From a bacterium (GTDB lineage: Archaea > Thermoplasmatota > E2 > JACPAO01 > JAHFTW01), in the NCBI GenBank assembly GCA_040390065.1, contig JAZJZE010000009.1:250830-314829 (forward strand): a DNA stretch of 64,000 nt, in the 5' to 3' direction. The notes below the pieces were generated by a model. The model ran no database searches. It saw only the letters and a program-made list of their open reading frames with translations, and had not been told where the DNA came from. Below are positions 19,171 to 27,752 of the stretch, piece by piece; positions within the stretch are counted from its first letter, which is position 1; each line of letters starts with the position of its first letter. The translations under genes were made by a program, and so were the position numbers.

Positions 19171-19416
19171 CCGCAACCCGTCTGCGAAGCCCTGCTTCGC
19201 CAAGTCCTCGAAAGGTCCTCAGGTTGCGACGACGGCTTCCTCCACGCGGACCTCAAGATGGGCCTGGAAAACCAGGAAATCGAAGAAAACAAGGAAGGCC
19301 GCCGGTCGGGGCGAGCACGCCGTCGGCGCAGCCGCGGCGAGGCGAGGGCGTGGCAAGCGCGCGATGCGGAGCAAGCGCGCGAGGGCCGCCGGCGGCAGCG
19401 GAAAGCCACAGCAGCT

Positions 19417-19785
19417 TCACGCTTCCACGAGGACCGTCTGCCCGATGCGGCCCAACTCGTAGGCATCGGGTGCCTTGACGCGGCTCTCGACGAGGCCTGC
19501 GCCACGCAGCGCGGTCAGCGCCGCTTCGAGGTCGCGCCGCAGAAGGGCGAGTTCGCGGTTCTGGCCGTCCACCATCCGCATGCCCTCCAGTAGCATGGCC
19601 AGCATGACGGGGCGTTCGAAGTCGAGGTGCGGGCGCCGGTTGATGGCGTTGGAGTGGCGGCGGGCGCGGCAGACGAGTTCGTCGAACCACTCCTGCTCGC
19701 GCGGGTGCAGTTCGGCGCGAAACTGGGCGTAGCGAGAAAGGAAGATGTCCAGCGCGATTGTCGTGGTCGGGGTGGATTGTCCCAT
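19417..19785 (-). CDS. PolB2-associated small helical protein (arCOG07300-like)
   Basis: MGQSTPT...FRAELHPREQEWFDELV..ARRH...FERPVMLAMLLE followed by a coiled coil; upstream of polB2. Confidence 0.75.
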   Translation of the reverse strand: MGQSTPTTTIALDIFLSRYAQFRAELHPREQEWFDELVCRARRHSNAINRRPHLDFERPVMLAMLLEGMRMVDGQNRELALLRRDLEAALTALRGAGLVESRVKAPDAYELGRIGQTVLVEA

Positions 19786-19922
19786 GGGATTCGCTTGTAG
19801 TGGGCACAGGTTCTTCTGTTGCTTTATGGGGTGAGTGAAAACGGCACGGCGAAATAACTGGGTGAAGCGAACGTACCATCTGACGGGCCACGGACTGCAT
19901 CGATTGCACGACAACCTGCATC

Positions 19923-20264
19923 TCCAGGTCAACGAACCATTCCCGCGTTCCTCCGACGGCGGCGACGTCATGAAGGAATGGAAGGGACACGAAGCAGCCC
20001 CCGGTCGGGGCGAGCGAATGCGCCGCGAAGCGCGCAGAGCGAGGGCGAGGCGAGCCGAGCGCAGCGATGGCTGGGGCCGCCGGGGGCCTGGAAGCTCAGG
20101 AAATCGCCGAAAACCGGAAACGCGTTTCACCCATTTTCCACGGTTTCCTGGCCTTTCAGGCACGGGCGGCCTGGGAGAACCGGAGACGAACGGAGAACAG
20201 GAACCCATTCCCGTTCTCTTCACGAGATTCCTGTTCTCCCAGGTTTCCCACACTCAGCCACGCG
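19923..20264 (-). repeat. 342-bp inverted repeat, right copy
   Basis: Reverse complement of 14971-15312. Confidence 0.95.
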
Positions 20265-20299
20265 AACCTACTTGCCGAAAAGGGCGGCCACGCCGCCAG

Positions 20300-21025
20300 T
20301 CATCCGAGTTTGGCCTGCTGCGGCTTCTTGGCACTGGCCTCACCCCAAACCTTGGCTCCGCCTTGCGGTTTCACGGCCTCGGGATCCCCGCGCCGCTTCC
20401 ACACGTCCTCGGCGATGGGCACCATCTCGTACGCGTCGTTGGCCGCCGGAACGAGGAGGTTCTGCAAGGCCTCCTTCCCCGTTGCCGCCGGATCCATCCA
20501 AGCGTCTTGCCGGACCCGCGAATCCAATTCCACCACGAAGCGGTCGTGGACCTGCGCCACGAAGTCGTTGGCCGGCGCCGTCACTTGCACGTGGCCGAGG
20601 TCGTCGTACTCGTTGCCCGTACTGGTGAAGGCGTAGTGACGGCGGGCCATGAGGGCTGCAACGACCATCAGCTTGCCATCGCGGCGTTGGATGCGGAAGG
20701 CGGCCTTGGTCTTCGCGTCGCGCTCGACGACGTAGGAGATTGCGGCGAGCGCGTGGTGCTCCGGCTTGCCGAAGAGACCGCGCCACGCCGGGGATACGAG
20801 GTTGTCTCCTCGCGCATTCGTCAGCAGGCGTGGGCCGACCGGCATCCCGAGGCGCACCTTGTCCACGACGCGCTCGCCACCCTCGAGGCGGGCCACCGGC
20901 AGGAAGTCGGCGTGGTGCACGAGCGGCCGCGCGATGCGGTCGCCGGCGTCGTAGACGTAGCGCGTGCCGCCGAGGGCGTCGATGACCTCCATCGAGCTTG
21001 CATCGATGCCTTCGAGTCCGGCCAT
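20300..21025 (-). CDS. SRAP/HMCES-family protein, paralogue 2 (divergent)
   Basis: LTNARGDN, YVVE, VTAPANDFVAQVHDR, DAWMDP; N-terminus MAGLEG. Confidence 0.75.
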   Translation of the reverse strand: MAGLEGIDASSMEVIDALGGTRYVYDAGDRIARPLVHHADFLPVARLEGGERVVDKVRLGMPVGPRLLTNARGDNLVSPAWRGLFGKPEHHALAAISYVVERDAKTKAAFRIQRRDGKLMVVAALMARRHYAFTSTGNEYDDLGHVQVTAPANDFVAQVHDRFVVELDSRVRQDAWMDPAATGKEALQNLLVPAANDAYEMVPIAEDVWKRRGDPEAVKPQGGAKVWGEASAKKPQQAKLG

Positions 21026-21033
21026 GCCACATC

Positions 21034-21747
21034 TCAGAACCAGGTTGCCGGCTTCTTCGCCGCCGCCTTGCGGGGTGTTGCGCCGTAGCGCATCGCTTCG
21101 CCGATCGGAACCAAGTCGGCGTCCTCGCGGATGCCTGGCTTGAAGATGCGGTCGTCCACGGGGACGGCTTCCCATTCGTCCTCCGCCGGATGGTGCAGGA
21201 TCGCCGCGGCCTCCTTCTTTTCCGTCGCGGCCATCCATGCGTCGGCCTCCTTGGGCGACAGCGTGCAGACCTGGCGGTCGTGGAACTGGCCGAAGAACTT
21301 GTTCGGCGCCGTCGTCACGATGGCGCAGCACAACCTGCCTTCGCCCTCGTCCATCTTGCGGGGTGCGCAGAGGCCCGGCATGACGATTGGTCGGCCGTCG
21401 ATGCGGCGGAACCACAGGCTCGTCTTCTTGCCGTCGATGGTGGCTTGCTCGTAGATGCCCGTGGCGGCAACCAGGCACGGTGACTTTGCGAGCATCGAAC
21501 CCCACATCGGGCTCTCCAGCAAGCGGTCGTCCCGAGCGTTGCCGACGGGCCGGCCGCCGCCGACGGGGAAGCCCCAGCGCGCACGCACGGCCACACGTTC
21601 CCGGTCCTTGTTGACGGCGATGGGCAGGGTCGTCGTGAGGCGGACGACGGGGTGCGGAACCCAGTCGCCCTCGTAGTCCCACTTGGAGACGCGCAGGGCG
21701 TCCTGGATGTCGATGTCGGCGGCTTGCAGTCCGATGAGGCCGGCCAC
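21034..21747 (-). CDS. SRAP/HMCES-family protein, paralogue 1
   Basis: ARWGF, NARDD, CLVAATGIYE, CAIVTTAPN..FHDRQ, DAWM. Start GTG 21747 gives MAGLIG. Confidence 0.85.
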   Translation of the reverse strand: MAGLIGLQAADIDIQDALRVSKWDYEGDWVPHPVVRLTTTLPIAVNKDRERVAVRARWGFPVGGGRPVGNARDDRLLESPMWGSMLAKSPCLVAATGIYEQATIDGKKTSLWFRRIDGRPIVMPGLCAPRKMDEGEGRLCCAIVTTAPNKFFGQFHDRQVCTLSPKEADAWMAATEKKEAAAILHHPAEDEWEAVPVDDRIFKPGIREDADLVPIGEAMRYGATPRKAAAKKPATWF

Positions 21748-21773
21748 GGCGTGCGACACGGTGGCGCGGCTGT

Positions 21774-23378
21774 CTACTTTGCGGCCTTGCGCAGGAGCGG
21801 CCGTTCCACGCCGATTGCGTAGGTCTTGTAGCGACCTTGGAAACGCACGGCGATGATGCCCTCGTTCTGCAAACGGGCCAAGCGGTGCTGCGTCGTGCTG
21901 CGCGACCAGCCGCACGTCTCCATGGCGTTGAGGACATCCTTCTGCGGGGCGCCCGGGTGGGCCTCGATCCAGGAGCGCAGGTTCGCCAACTCAGGATCGC
22001 GCAGCACGGCGGTATGGCGCCACGTTTCGGTGTAGCGGCCGTGGTTCTCGAAGAAACGCATGCGCGAATGGTGTTGGTACTCGATGACGAGCCCGGCGCG
22101 CTTCAGGACGTTGAGGTGGTGCCGCGTCGTGCCCGTCGGGATGCGTACACTTCGGCAGACCTCGCGGAAGCTGGCACCGGGGTGCTCGCAGATGAAGGCG
22201 TGCAGGCTGGCGCGGCGCGGATGGGCAAGCGGGTCCTGCGGCGCGGTGAGAAGCGGCGCCAGGAAACGCAACAGGACCAGGAGCGCCGCAAGGCCGAGGA
22301 CGGCCTCACCAGTGACCGCGATGCCGGACACGAGGGTCGCCGGTGCCGGGCTTTCGTCGAGTCGCGCGTCCTGAAGCTCACCGCCGAATCCGGCAGCCGC
22401 CGAACGAGGGCCGGTCGAATGCAGCCCGCCCAGGATGACGTGGCCCGAGGCAAGCAGCGTCTGGTTGTGGGGCCCATCGCACTGCGCGCAAGAGGACGCC
22501 GAGGCAAGGGGCAGACGGACCCAGCCATCGACCTCGACATCGAAGGCCGGCCCGCCGGCCAGCGCGAAGTCGAGGGCCCCTTGCGCAGTGAGGTTGCCGC
22601 CATTCGTCCGGAACTCCTGGTGCGACAGATGGTCGACCGTCACCTCGCTGCCTGCAAGGGAGGGCGCAGCGATGCGGGTGCGGCCGCCCGGCGGCGGGCA
22701 TGGTCTTTGGGTGCACTCGGTGGACGCGTTGAACCATTCGAGTTGCCGCACGCCGGTGGCGTTGAGGGTGAACATTTCGCCACGCCCGTTTGCCCAGACG
22801 AGGTACGTTTCGTTGTCCGGGACGTCCGGAACGCGCACCGCCAAAGGCTCGTCGATGACGGTTGGCAGGAGCGGACCGATGCCTTCGTTGGAGTTGGCGA
22901 TGGCGGCCCGTCCCGTGGTCCTGAAGTCGATGCGGTCGGCCACGAGGACGAGGGAGGAGGAACCAGGGCGGCGGAAGTCGAGGGACAGGTCGTTCCATGG
23001 CGCCGGATCTTGGCGCGGTGCGTCCTGGCCTGGCCCCATCCAGCCGCCTCCCAGTGTGCCGTTGCGCATCGCTCGGACGTTCTGCATGGTGTGGTTGACG
23101 AGGGTGCCCCCGCCGAGGTTCTCGGCCCGAAGTGTGACGGCATCCGGACCGTCGGCCATGAACCAGAGGATCAGTCGCGTCACGGCGGTCGCGTTCTCGT
23201 GCCCCCCGGCGGCGGCAGGGATCGCAAACGAGACTCTGGGCTGGTCCGCGTCCGTTGCGACGGCGGTGGGGGGGAGCACGGCGGCAAGGACGATGGCGAT
23301 GCTGGCCGCGACCTGCAACCGCAACCGTAGGCGTGGGGCTGCGTGGCCGGAGTTGGAAGCGAATCTGTTGGTCTGCAT
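21774..23378 (-). CDS. membrane-anchored double winged-helix regulator with large extracellular N-terminal domain
   Basis: Signal peptide, a TM segment, then PLAHPRRASLHAFICEHPGASFREV and a second HTH WIEAHPGAPQKDV..STTQHRLARL. Confidence 0.8.
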   Translation of the reverse strand: MQTNRFASNSGHAAPRLRLRLQVAASIAIVLAAVLPPTAVATDADQPRVSFAIPAAAGGHENATAVTRLILWFMADGPDAVTLRAENLGGGTLVNHTMQNVRAMRNGTLGGGWMGPGQDAPRQDPAPWNDLSLDFRRPGSSSLVLVADRIDFRTTGRAAIANSNEGIGPLLPTVIDEPLAVRVPDVPDNETYLVWANGRGEMFTLNATGVRQLEWFNASTECTQRPCPPPGGRTRIAAPSLAGSEVTVDHLSHQEFRTNGGNLTAQGALDFALAGGPAFDVEVDGWVRLPLASASSCAQCDGPHNQTLLASGHVILGGLHSTGPRSAAAGFGGELQDARLDESPAPATLVSGIAVTGEAVLGLAALLVLLRFLAPLLTAPQDPLAHPRRASLHAFICEHPGASFREVCRSVRIPTGTTRHHLNVLKRAGLVIEYQHHSRMRFFENHGRYTETWRHTAVLRDPELANLRSWIEAHPGAPQKDVLNAMETCGWSRSTTQHRLARLQNEGIIAVRFQGRYKTYAIGVERPLLRKAAK

Positions 23379-23547
23379 GGCGTGGCCCGGTCGTAGATTT
23401 GCCTGGCCTCCTTAACGGGACTCGCTCAATGGTTGGTGTGAGCCCTGCCAACAGGAGGCGACGACGCCACCGGCTGCGTCTGCTTCTACATGAATCCAGC
23501 GCGGTGGGCCCGCATTGCCGATAACGATTTTCGCCAAATCGCGATAG

Positions 23548-23622
23548 TGGGACCTGGGAGATTTGAACTTCCGACCAGCGGGTTATGAGCCCGTCGCTCT
23601 GACCGAGCTGAGCTAAGGTCCC
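23548..23622 (-). tRNA. tRNA with CAU anticodon, probably tRNA-Ile2
   Basis: GGGACCT/AGGTCCC acceptor stem, GCTC/GAGC D stem, CTCATAA loop, GTTCAAATC T loop, discriminator A. Resembles archaeal Ile2 rather than Met. Confidence 0.88.
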
Positions 23623-23819
23623 TTGCCCGCTGCGAGCCGACGCCACGACAAGAACCCGCCGAAGCCGTGCCCCGCCGTCGGCCACTTCATAGCCGCTGTG
23701 GATAGAACGCTTGAACGACTGGTCGGATCGCCGAAACGCCGGCCGCCACGGCCCGCCGGCCGCGCCCCGCCACCGCCCCGGCCACCAAACCTTACAATGG
23801 GCACCCCGTCGCCGCGCCC

Positions 23820-24125
23820 GTGAGGATCGGCACGCTGCTTTGGGGGCTCGCCTTCCTCGCCGCCGGCGCCGTCGTCCTCGCGGGACTTGCCCTCGGAGCC
23901 TCGGACTGGTCGACGGGCCCGCGCATCGGCATCGGCATGGTCCTCCTCCTCCTCGGATTCCTCCTCGCCGCCGGCCCCTGGATTGCGTACGCCGTCCGCC
24001 GCGCCTCCAGCAAGGAAAGCAAAGGCGGCTGCCCCGTAGGGACGACTTGCGCCTGCGGCCACTTCAACTTCAAGCCCCGCGCCCACTGCCGAGAATGCGG
24101 CACGGCGACGACGTACCCCGAGTGA
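23820..24125 (+). CDS. 2-TM protein with C-terminal Zn ribbon
   Basis: Two TM segments then CACGHFN...CRECG. Confidence 0.65.
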   Translation: MRIGTLLWGLAFLAAGAVVLAGLALGASDWSTGPRIGIGMVLLLLGFLLAAGPWIAYAVRRASSKESKGGCPVGTTCACGHFNFKPRAHCRECGTATTYPE

Positions 24126-24229
24126 CGACGCGGCCCGTCGGCCCAACGACCGACGCGGCTACCTTTTCATACCAGCGTTTCTCGGCCGCCATGGGCCCAA
24201 GCGGCCCCACCTCTTTCCAACAAGCACAC

Positions 24230-24302
24230 GCTCCGTTAGTCTAGAGGCCAAGGATGCAGGCCTTTCAAGCCTGCGGCACGGGTTCGAATCCCGTACGGAG
24301 CA
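24230..24302 (+). tRNA. tRNA-Glu(UUC)
   Basis: GCTCCGT/ACGGAGC acceptor, CAGGC-CTTTCAA-GCCTG anticodon arm, ACGGG-TTCGAAT-CCCGT T arm. Confidence 0.95.
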
Positions 24303-24394
24303 CTGCGCCGCCGCGAAGCGCGGCAAGGGCCGTACGGGTTCGCCGCGCGCCCGCGGCGCGAGGCATGGCCGAGGCCGCCGCAGCGGCCTTGGCC

Positions 24395-24414
24395 TCGAAT
24401 CCCGTGCGGAGCAC
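24395..24414 (+). repeat. duplicate of tRNA-Glu 3' end (att-like)
   Basis: TCGAATCCCGTGCGGAGCAC, 19/20 identical to 24284-24303. Confidence 0.85.
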
Positions 24415-24643
24415 ATCGATATCGGTTCGAATACCCCAAAAGGGGCCCTTCGAGCCAGTCAGTCGGAATCGGCAATTCATGCCCTAGCGGCGCGGTCGTT
24501 GGCATCATCATGCCTGGGTTCATCGCGGGAGCGACCAGTGCCGCGGAAAACCGCGGGCCACGTGGGATCTGTCCATTTCCGTCAGTCAGGCCGGCGCTGG
24601 TTCGATGCCTGCGCGGGAGGATGGGGGTGTGGAGCGAATCTCC

Positions 24644-25066
24644 ATGGCAACCCAAACCACCCCCCAAACGACCAACGCCGCCACCTCCGTCAAGGACCTC
24701 ATCGCGGAGGCCCGGACAAAGATCGACAATCTCCCGTGCGCCGCGATGGCGCAGGCCCTTGAAGCACCAGACGTCCTGCTCGTCGACTTGCGGGAACCGG
24801 CCGAGCGCGCCCAGAACGGAACGATCCCCGGCGCCCTGGCGGCGCCGCGGGGCATGTTGGAGTTCTACGCCGATCCCACGATGCCCTACCACAAGCCCGA
24901 GTTCCAGCGCTCCCGCCGCATCCTTCTGTACTGCGCCTCCGGGGGCCGTTCCGCGCTTGCCGGCGCCAGCCTGCGCCGCCTCGGGTACGACCGCGTCGCG
25001 AGTCTCGATGGCGGCTTCAAGGCCTGGCAGGAATCGGGGCGAGAAGTCGCCCCCGTCCAGGCCTGA
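24644..25066 (+). CDS. rhodanese-like sulfurtransferase
   Basis: LVDLREPAE..GTIPGA..PRGMLEF, active site YCASGGRSA, LDGGFKAW. Confidence 0.92.
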   Translation: MATQTTPQTTNAATSVKDLIAEARTKIDNLPCAAMAQALEAPDVLLVDLREPAERAQNGTIPGALAAPRGMLEFYADPTMPYHKPEFQRSRRILLYCASGGRSALAGASLRRLGYDRVASLDGGFKAWQESGREVAPVQA

Positions 25067-25132
25067 AGCAAGCGGCGCGGAGCGTCGGCTGGCGGGCGAA
25101 GACGTTATCCTGAAGACCGCACGTGAGGCATC

Positions 25133-26137
25133 ATGGACGCAATCGACGTCGGGATCCTTCGAGCGATGGGCGTCCGCCCCTACGAGCGGACGCCCAAGCC
25201 GCTGGATGCCCTCCAGCCGTCCCGCATCGCGCGCGTGACAGGCTCCAGCGTGAACACCGTGAAGGACCGCATCACTCGCATGACCGAGACCGGCGTCATC
25301 GCGGGATACCAAGCGGTCCCCAACCTGCGCCACCTGGGCTTGCAAGGTGAAGCGTACCACCTGAACTTCACGAGCGACGCAGCCAAGGACGCCGCGATGC
25401 CTCGGCTCCTGGCGGTCGACGGCTTGCTGGAGCTGCACGACTTCCTTGGCCAAGGGGCCTGCGCGGACTTTGCCTTCAAGGACCACGCCGACTTGCAACG
25501 CACGCTCGCAACCATCTCCGCAGGATCCCAGCTCGGCGCGCCACGCCACTTCTACAGCCGCGAGATGCCTGAGGTCAAGCGGTCCCTCACCCCGCTGGAT
25601 TGGCGCATCGTGCAGGCCTTGCGCGCCGACCCACGGGCGACGCCGGCCGACCTGGCGCCAGCCATCGGCGTCAGCACCCGCACGGTGAAGCGACACTTGA
25701 CGCGGATGGCCGCAGAAGGCAGCCTCTTCCTCGTCCCCATGATTGATCCGAGCAAGGCGGACGGCGTTTTCCTGTTCGAACTCCTCGTCCACCTGCGGGA
25801 GGGCACGGGGCCGCGGCCGATGGCTGCGTTGCGGGCCGCTTTCCATGCCGAACACGTCTACGCCTATGTGCCGGCATCGGCGGAACTCGGGAACTTCGAC
25901 CTGCTCTTGTTCGCTCGCACGAGCGCCGAGGTGGAAGCGTTGCGTCGGCGCGCCGAAGAGATCGACGGCGTCGTTCGAGCCGAGGCGTGGCTCTTCCGCG
26001 CGTTCCTGGGCTTCCCAACCGGGCTGGATGCCGCAATCGAGCGTGCCTCTCGCGGGTTGGAACCCGCACCCGCGGCCGTTTCGTCAAAGGGCCAGGGCGA
26101 TGCCAAACGCCGCCCGCTGGCGCTCAAAAAGACATGA
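25133..26137 (+). CDS. tandem (double) Lrp/AsnC-type regulator
   Basis: Two HTH units: MDAIDVGIL..IAR..VNTVKDRITRM and LTPLDWRIVQAL..GVSTRTVKRHL. Confidence 0.85.
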   Translation: MDAIDVGILRAMGVRPYERTPKPLDALQPSRIARVTGSSVNTVKDRITRMTETGVIAGYQAVPNLRHLGLQGEAYHLNFTSDAAKDAAMPRLLAVDGLLELHDFLGQGACADFAFKDHADLQRTLATISAGSQLGAPRHFYSREMPEVKRSLTPLDWRIVQALRADPRATPADLAPAIGVSTRTVKRHLTRMAAEGSLFLVPMIDPSKADGVFLFELLVHLREGTGPRPMAALRAAFHAEHVYAYVPASAELGNFDLLLFARTSAEVEALRRRAEEIDGVVRAEAWLFRAFLGFPTGLDAAIERASRGLEPAPAAVSSKGQGDAKRRPLALKKT

Positions 26138-26215
26138 CGCGGTCGGAATCGCGAACGAATTCGTACAGGTTTCGCCCCCGGCAGCCTTTACGCCAGCCGC
26201 GCTCTCGGCGCCTGC

Positions 26216-27355
26216 ATGGCACGGGCCCTGGTGCTTGGCGGCGGCTTCGGCGGCATCTCGGCAGCCCTGGAACTTCGGCGCCTTCTCGGGGCAGGCCACG
26301 ACGTCACCTTGGTCGACGAGGGCACGGCCTTCCGCATGGGCCTGGGGAACTTGTGGCTGCTTGACGGCCGTCGCAAGGTCGGCGAGGGAAGACGGGCGCT
26401 CCGAGATCTGGAGTCCAAAGGCATCCAGGTGAGGAAGGGGGTCGTGCAGGACATCGACGTCGCCCAGCGTAGCGCCGTCGTCGACGGCGAGACCCTGCAG
26501 TCCGACGGACTGGTCGTCGCTCTCGGCATGCGCCTTGCCCCGGAAGCGACGCCCGGATTCGACCTCACGCACAACGTGTACGACGAGGCTGGCGCCGCAG
26601 CATTCGCCGCCGCGCTTCAGGAATTCCGCGGTGGGCGCCTGCTCATCCAGGTTTGCGGCTTGCCGTTCAAGTGTCCGCCTGCGCCGTACGAAGCGGCGCT
26701 GATTGCCGCCGACGTCCTGAGGCGCCGGGGTGTCAAGGCCGATATCCACCTCGCGACTCCCGAGGCGCACCCATTGCCCGTGGCGCCCCCAGAATTCGGC
26801 GGCCGCTTGCTGCCCATCCTCGAAGCGGCGGGAATCACGTACCATCCCAACTGCAAGCCAGCGCGTTTCGTCGACGGCGCCGTGGAATGGGAGAACGGGT
26901 CGCGACAATCCTTCGACTTGGCGGCGGCGGTCCCCATCCATCAAGCGCCGCAAGTCATCGCCCGCACGGGCTTGGCGGGGCCATCCGGGTTCATTCCAGT
27001 CGATGCGCACACGATGCAGACGAAGGCCGCCGGAGTCTACGGCGTCGGCGATGTCGCCGCCGTGCCACTCCCCAACGGCAAGGTCGCGCCGAAGGCCGGC
27101 ATGCTGGCCGAAGCCCAAGGACGGGCAGCCGCGAGCCACTTGGCAAGGGGAATCCTAGGGTCCGGTAAGGCAACGGACTTTGCCGGGCGTGGCACCTGCT
27201 TCATCGAGCTTGGCAACGGCCAAGCCATTCCGGCCGAGGGCGACTTCTTCGCCGCACCACAACCCCGCTTCGCCTTCCAGCCCGCCTCGACGCAGGGGCT
27301 ACAGGAGAAACAGCGCTTCGAGGCGGACCGCCTCAAGGCCTGGTTCGGGGCATAG
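26216..27355 (+). CDS. FAD-dependent oxidoreductase, sulfide:quinone oxidoreductase-like
   Basis: VLGGGFGG, FKCPPAPYE, VYGVGDV, PKAG, GTCFIELG. Confidence 0.85.
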   Translation: MARALVLGGGFGGISAALELRRLLGAGHDVTLVDEGTAFRMGLGNLWLLDGRRKVGEGRRALRDLESKGIQVRKGVVQDIDVAQRSAVVDGETLQSDGLVVALGMRLAPEATPGFDLTHNVYDEAGAAAFAAALQEFRGGRLLIQVCGLPFKCPPAPYEAALIAADVLRRRGVKADIHLATPEAHPLPVAPPEFGGRLLPILEAAGITYHPNCKPARFVDGAVEWENGSRQSFDLAAAVPIHQAPQVIARTGLAGPSGFIPVDAHTMQTKAAGVYGVGDVAAVPLPNGKVAPKAGMLAEAQGRAAASHLARGILGSGKATDFAGRGTCFIELGNGQAIPAEGDFFAAPQPRFAFQPASTQGLQEKQRFEADRLKAWFGA

Positions 27356-27377
27356 TGGGTGATTGGGCCGGGATGGG

Positions 27378-27752
27378 CTACGAGAATGGTTTGACGGCCC
27401 CGGACAATTCGATGAGGACATTGGGCTCGTTGCCGACCACCCATGCGTCGTGGCCTGGCGGCATGACGGCAACGTCGCCCGGACCGTATTCCATCTCGCT
27501 GCCATCCGCGAGTCGGATACGTTGCCGACCTGACAGGAAGATCTTGACGTGGGACTTCATGCAGAGGTCGGTCTTTGCGACGGGTTTGACGTCTTCAATC
27601 CAGTGCCAGCCGGGCTGCAGGGTCTCACGGTTGAAACTGAGGCCAGCGAGGTTCACGATTTGGAACATGGTGCGGTTGAAGGGCCGCTTCGTTTCGTCGG
27701 GCGTGTCGAAGCTCTTCTTCAACATCGGGATTGTCGGCAGTGTCGTCGTCAT
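27378..27752 (-). CDS. cupin domain protein
   Basis: KSFDTPDE, LQPGWHW..VKP..C..H, GPGDV..PPGHDAWVVG. Confidence 0.88.
   Translation of the reverse strand: MTTTLPTIPMLKKSFDTPDETKRPFNRTMFQIVNLAGLSFNRETLQPGWHWIEDVKPVAKTDLCMKSHVKIFLSGRQRIRLADGSEMEYGPGDVAVMPPGHDAWVVGNEPNVLIELSGAVKPFS

Larger units (their letters stand above)
14971..20264. mobile_element. inverted-repeat-bounded 5.3-kb module carrying split PolB2 (mobility or invertibility inferred)
   Basis: Long perfect IRs and a TA pair. No transposase, integrase or flush target-site duplication seen. Confidence 0.45.

Noticed and set aside
14971-20264. Casposon, Polinton or pipolin interpretation of a PolB gene between terminal inverted repeats
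   Set aside because: No Cas1 or integrase, and the polymerase has cellular PolB2 features rather than protein-primed or primer-independent ones.
14928-20294. 10-bp direct repeat CGGCCACGCC outside both IRs as a target-site duplication
   Set aside because: It lies 33 and 20 bp away from the IR ends and is GC-rich, so it is probably chance.
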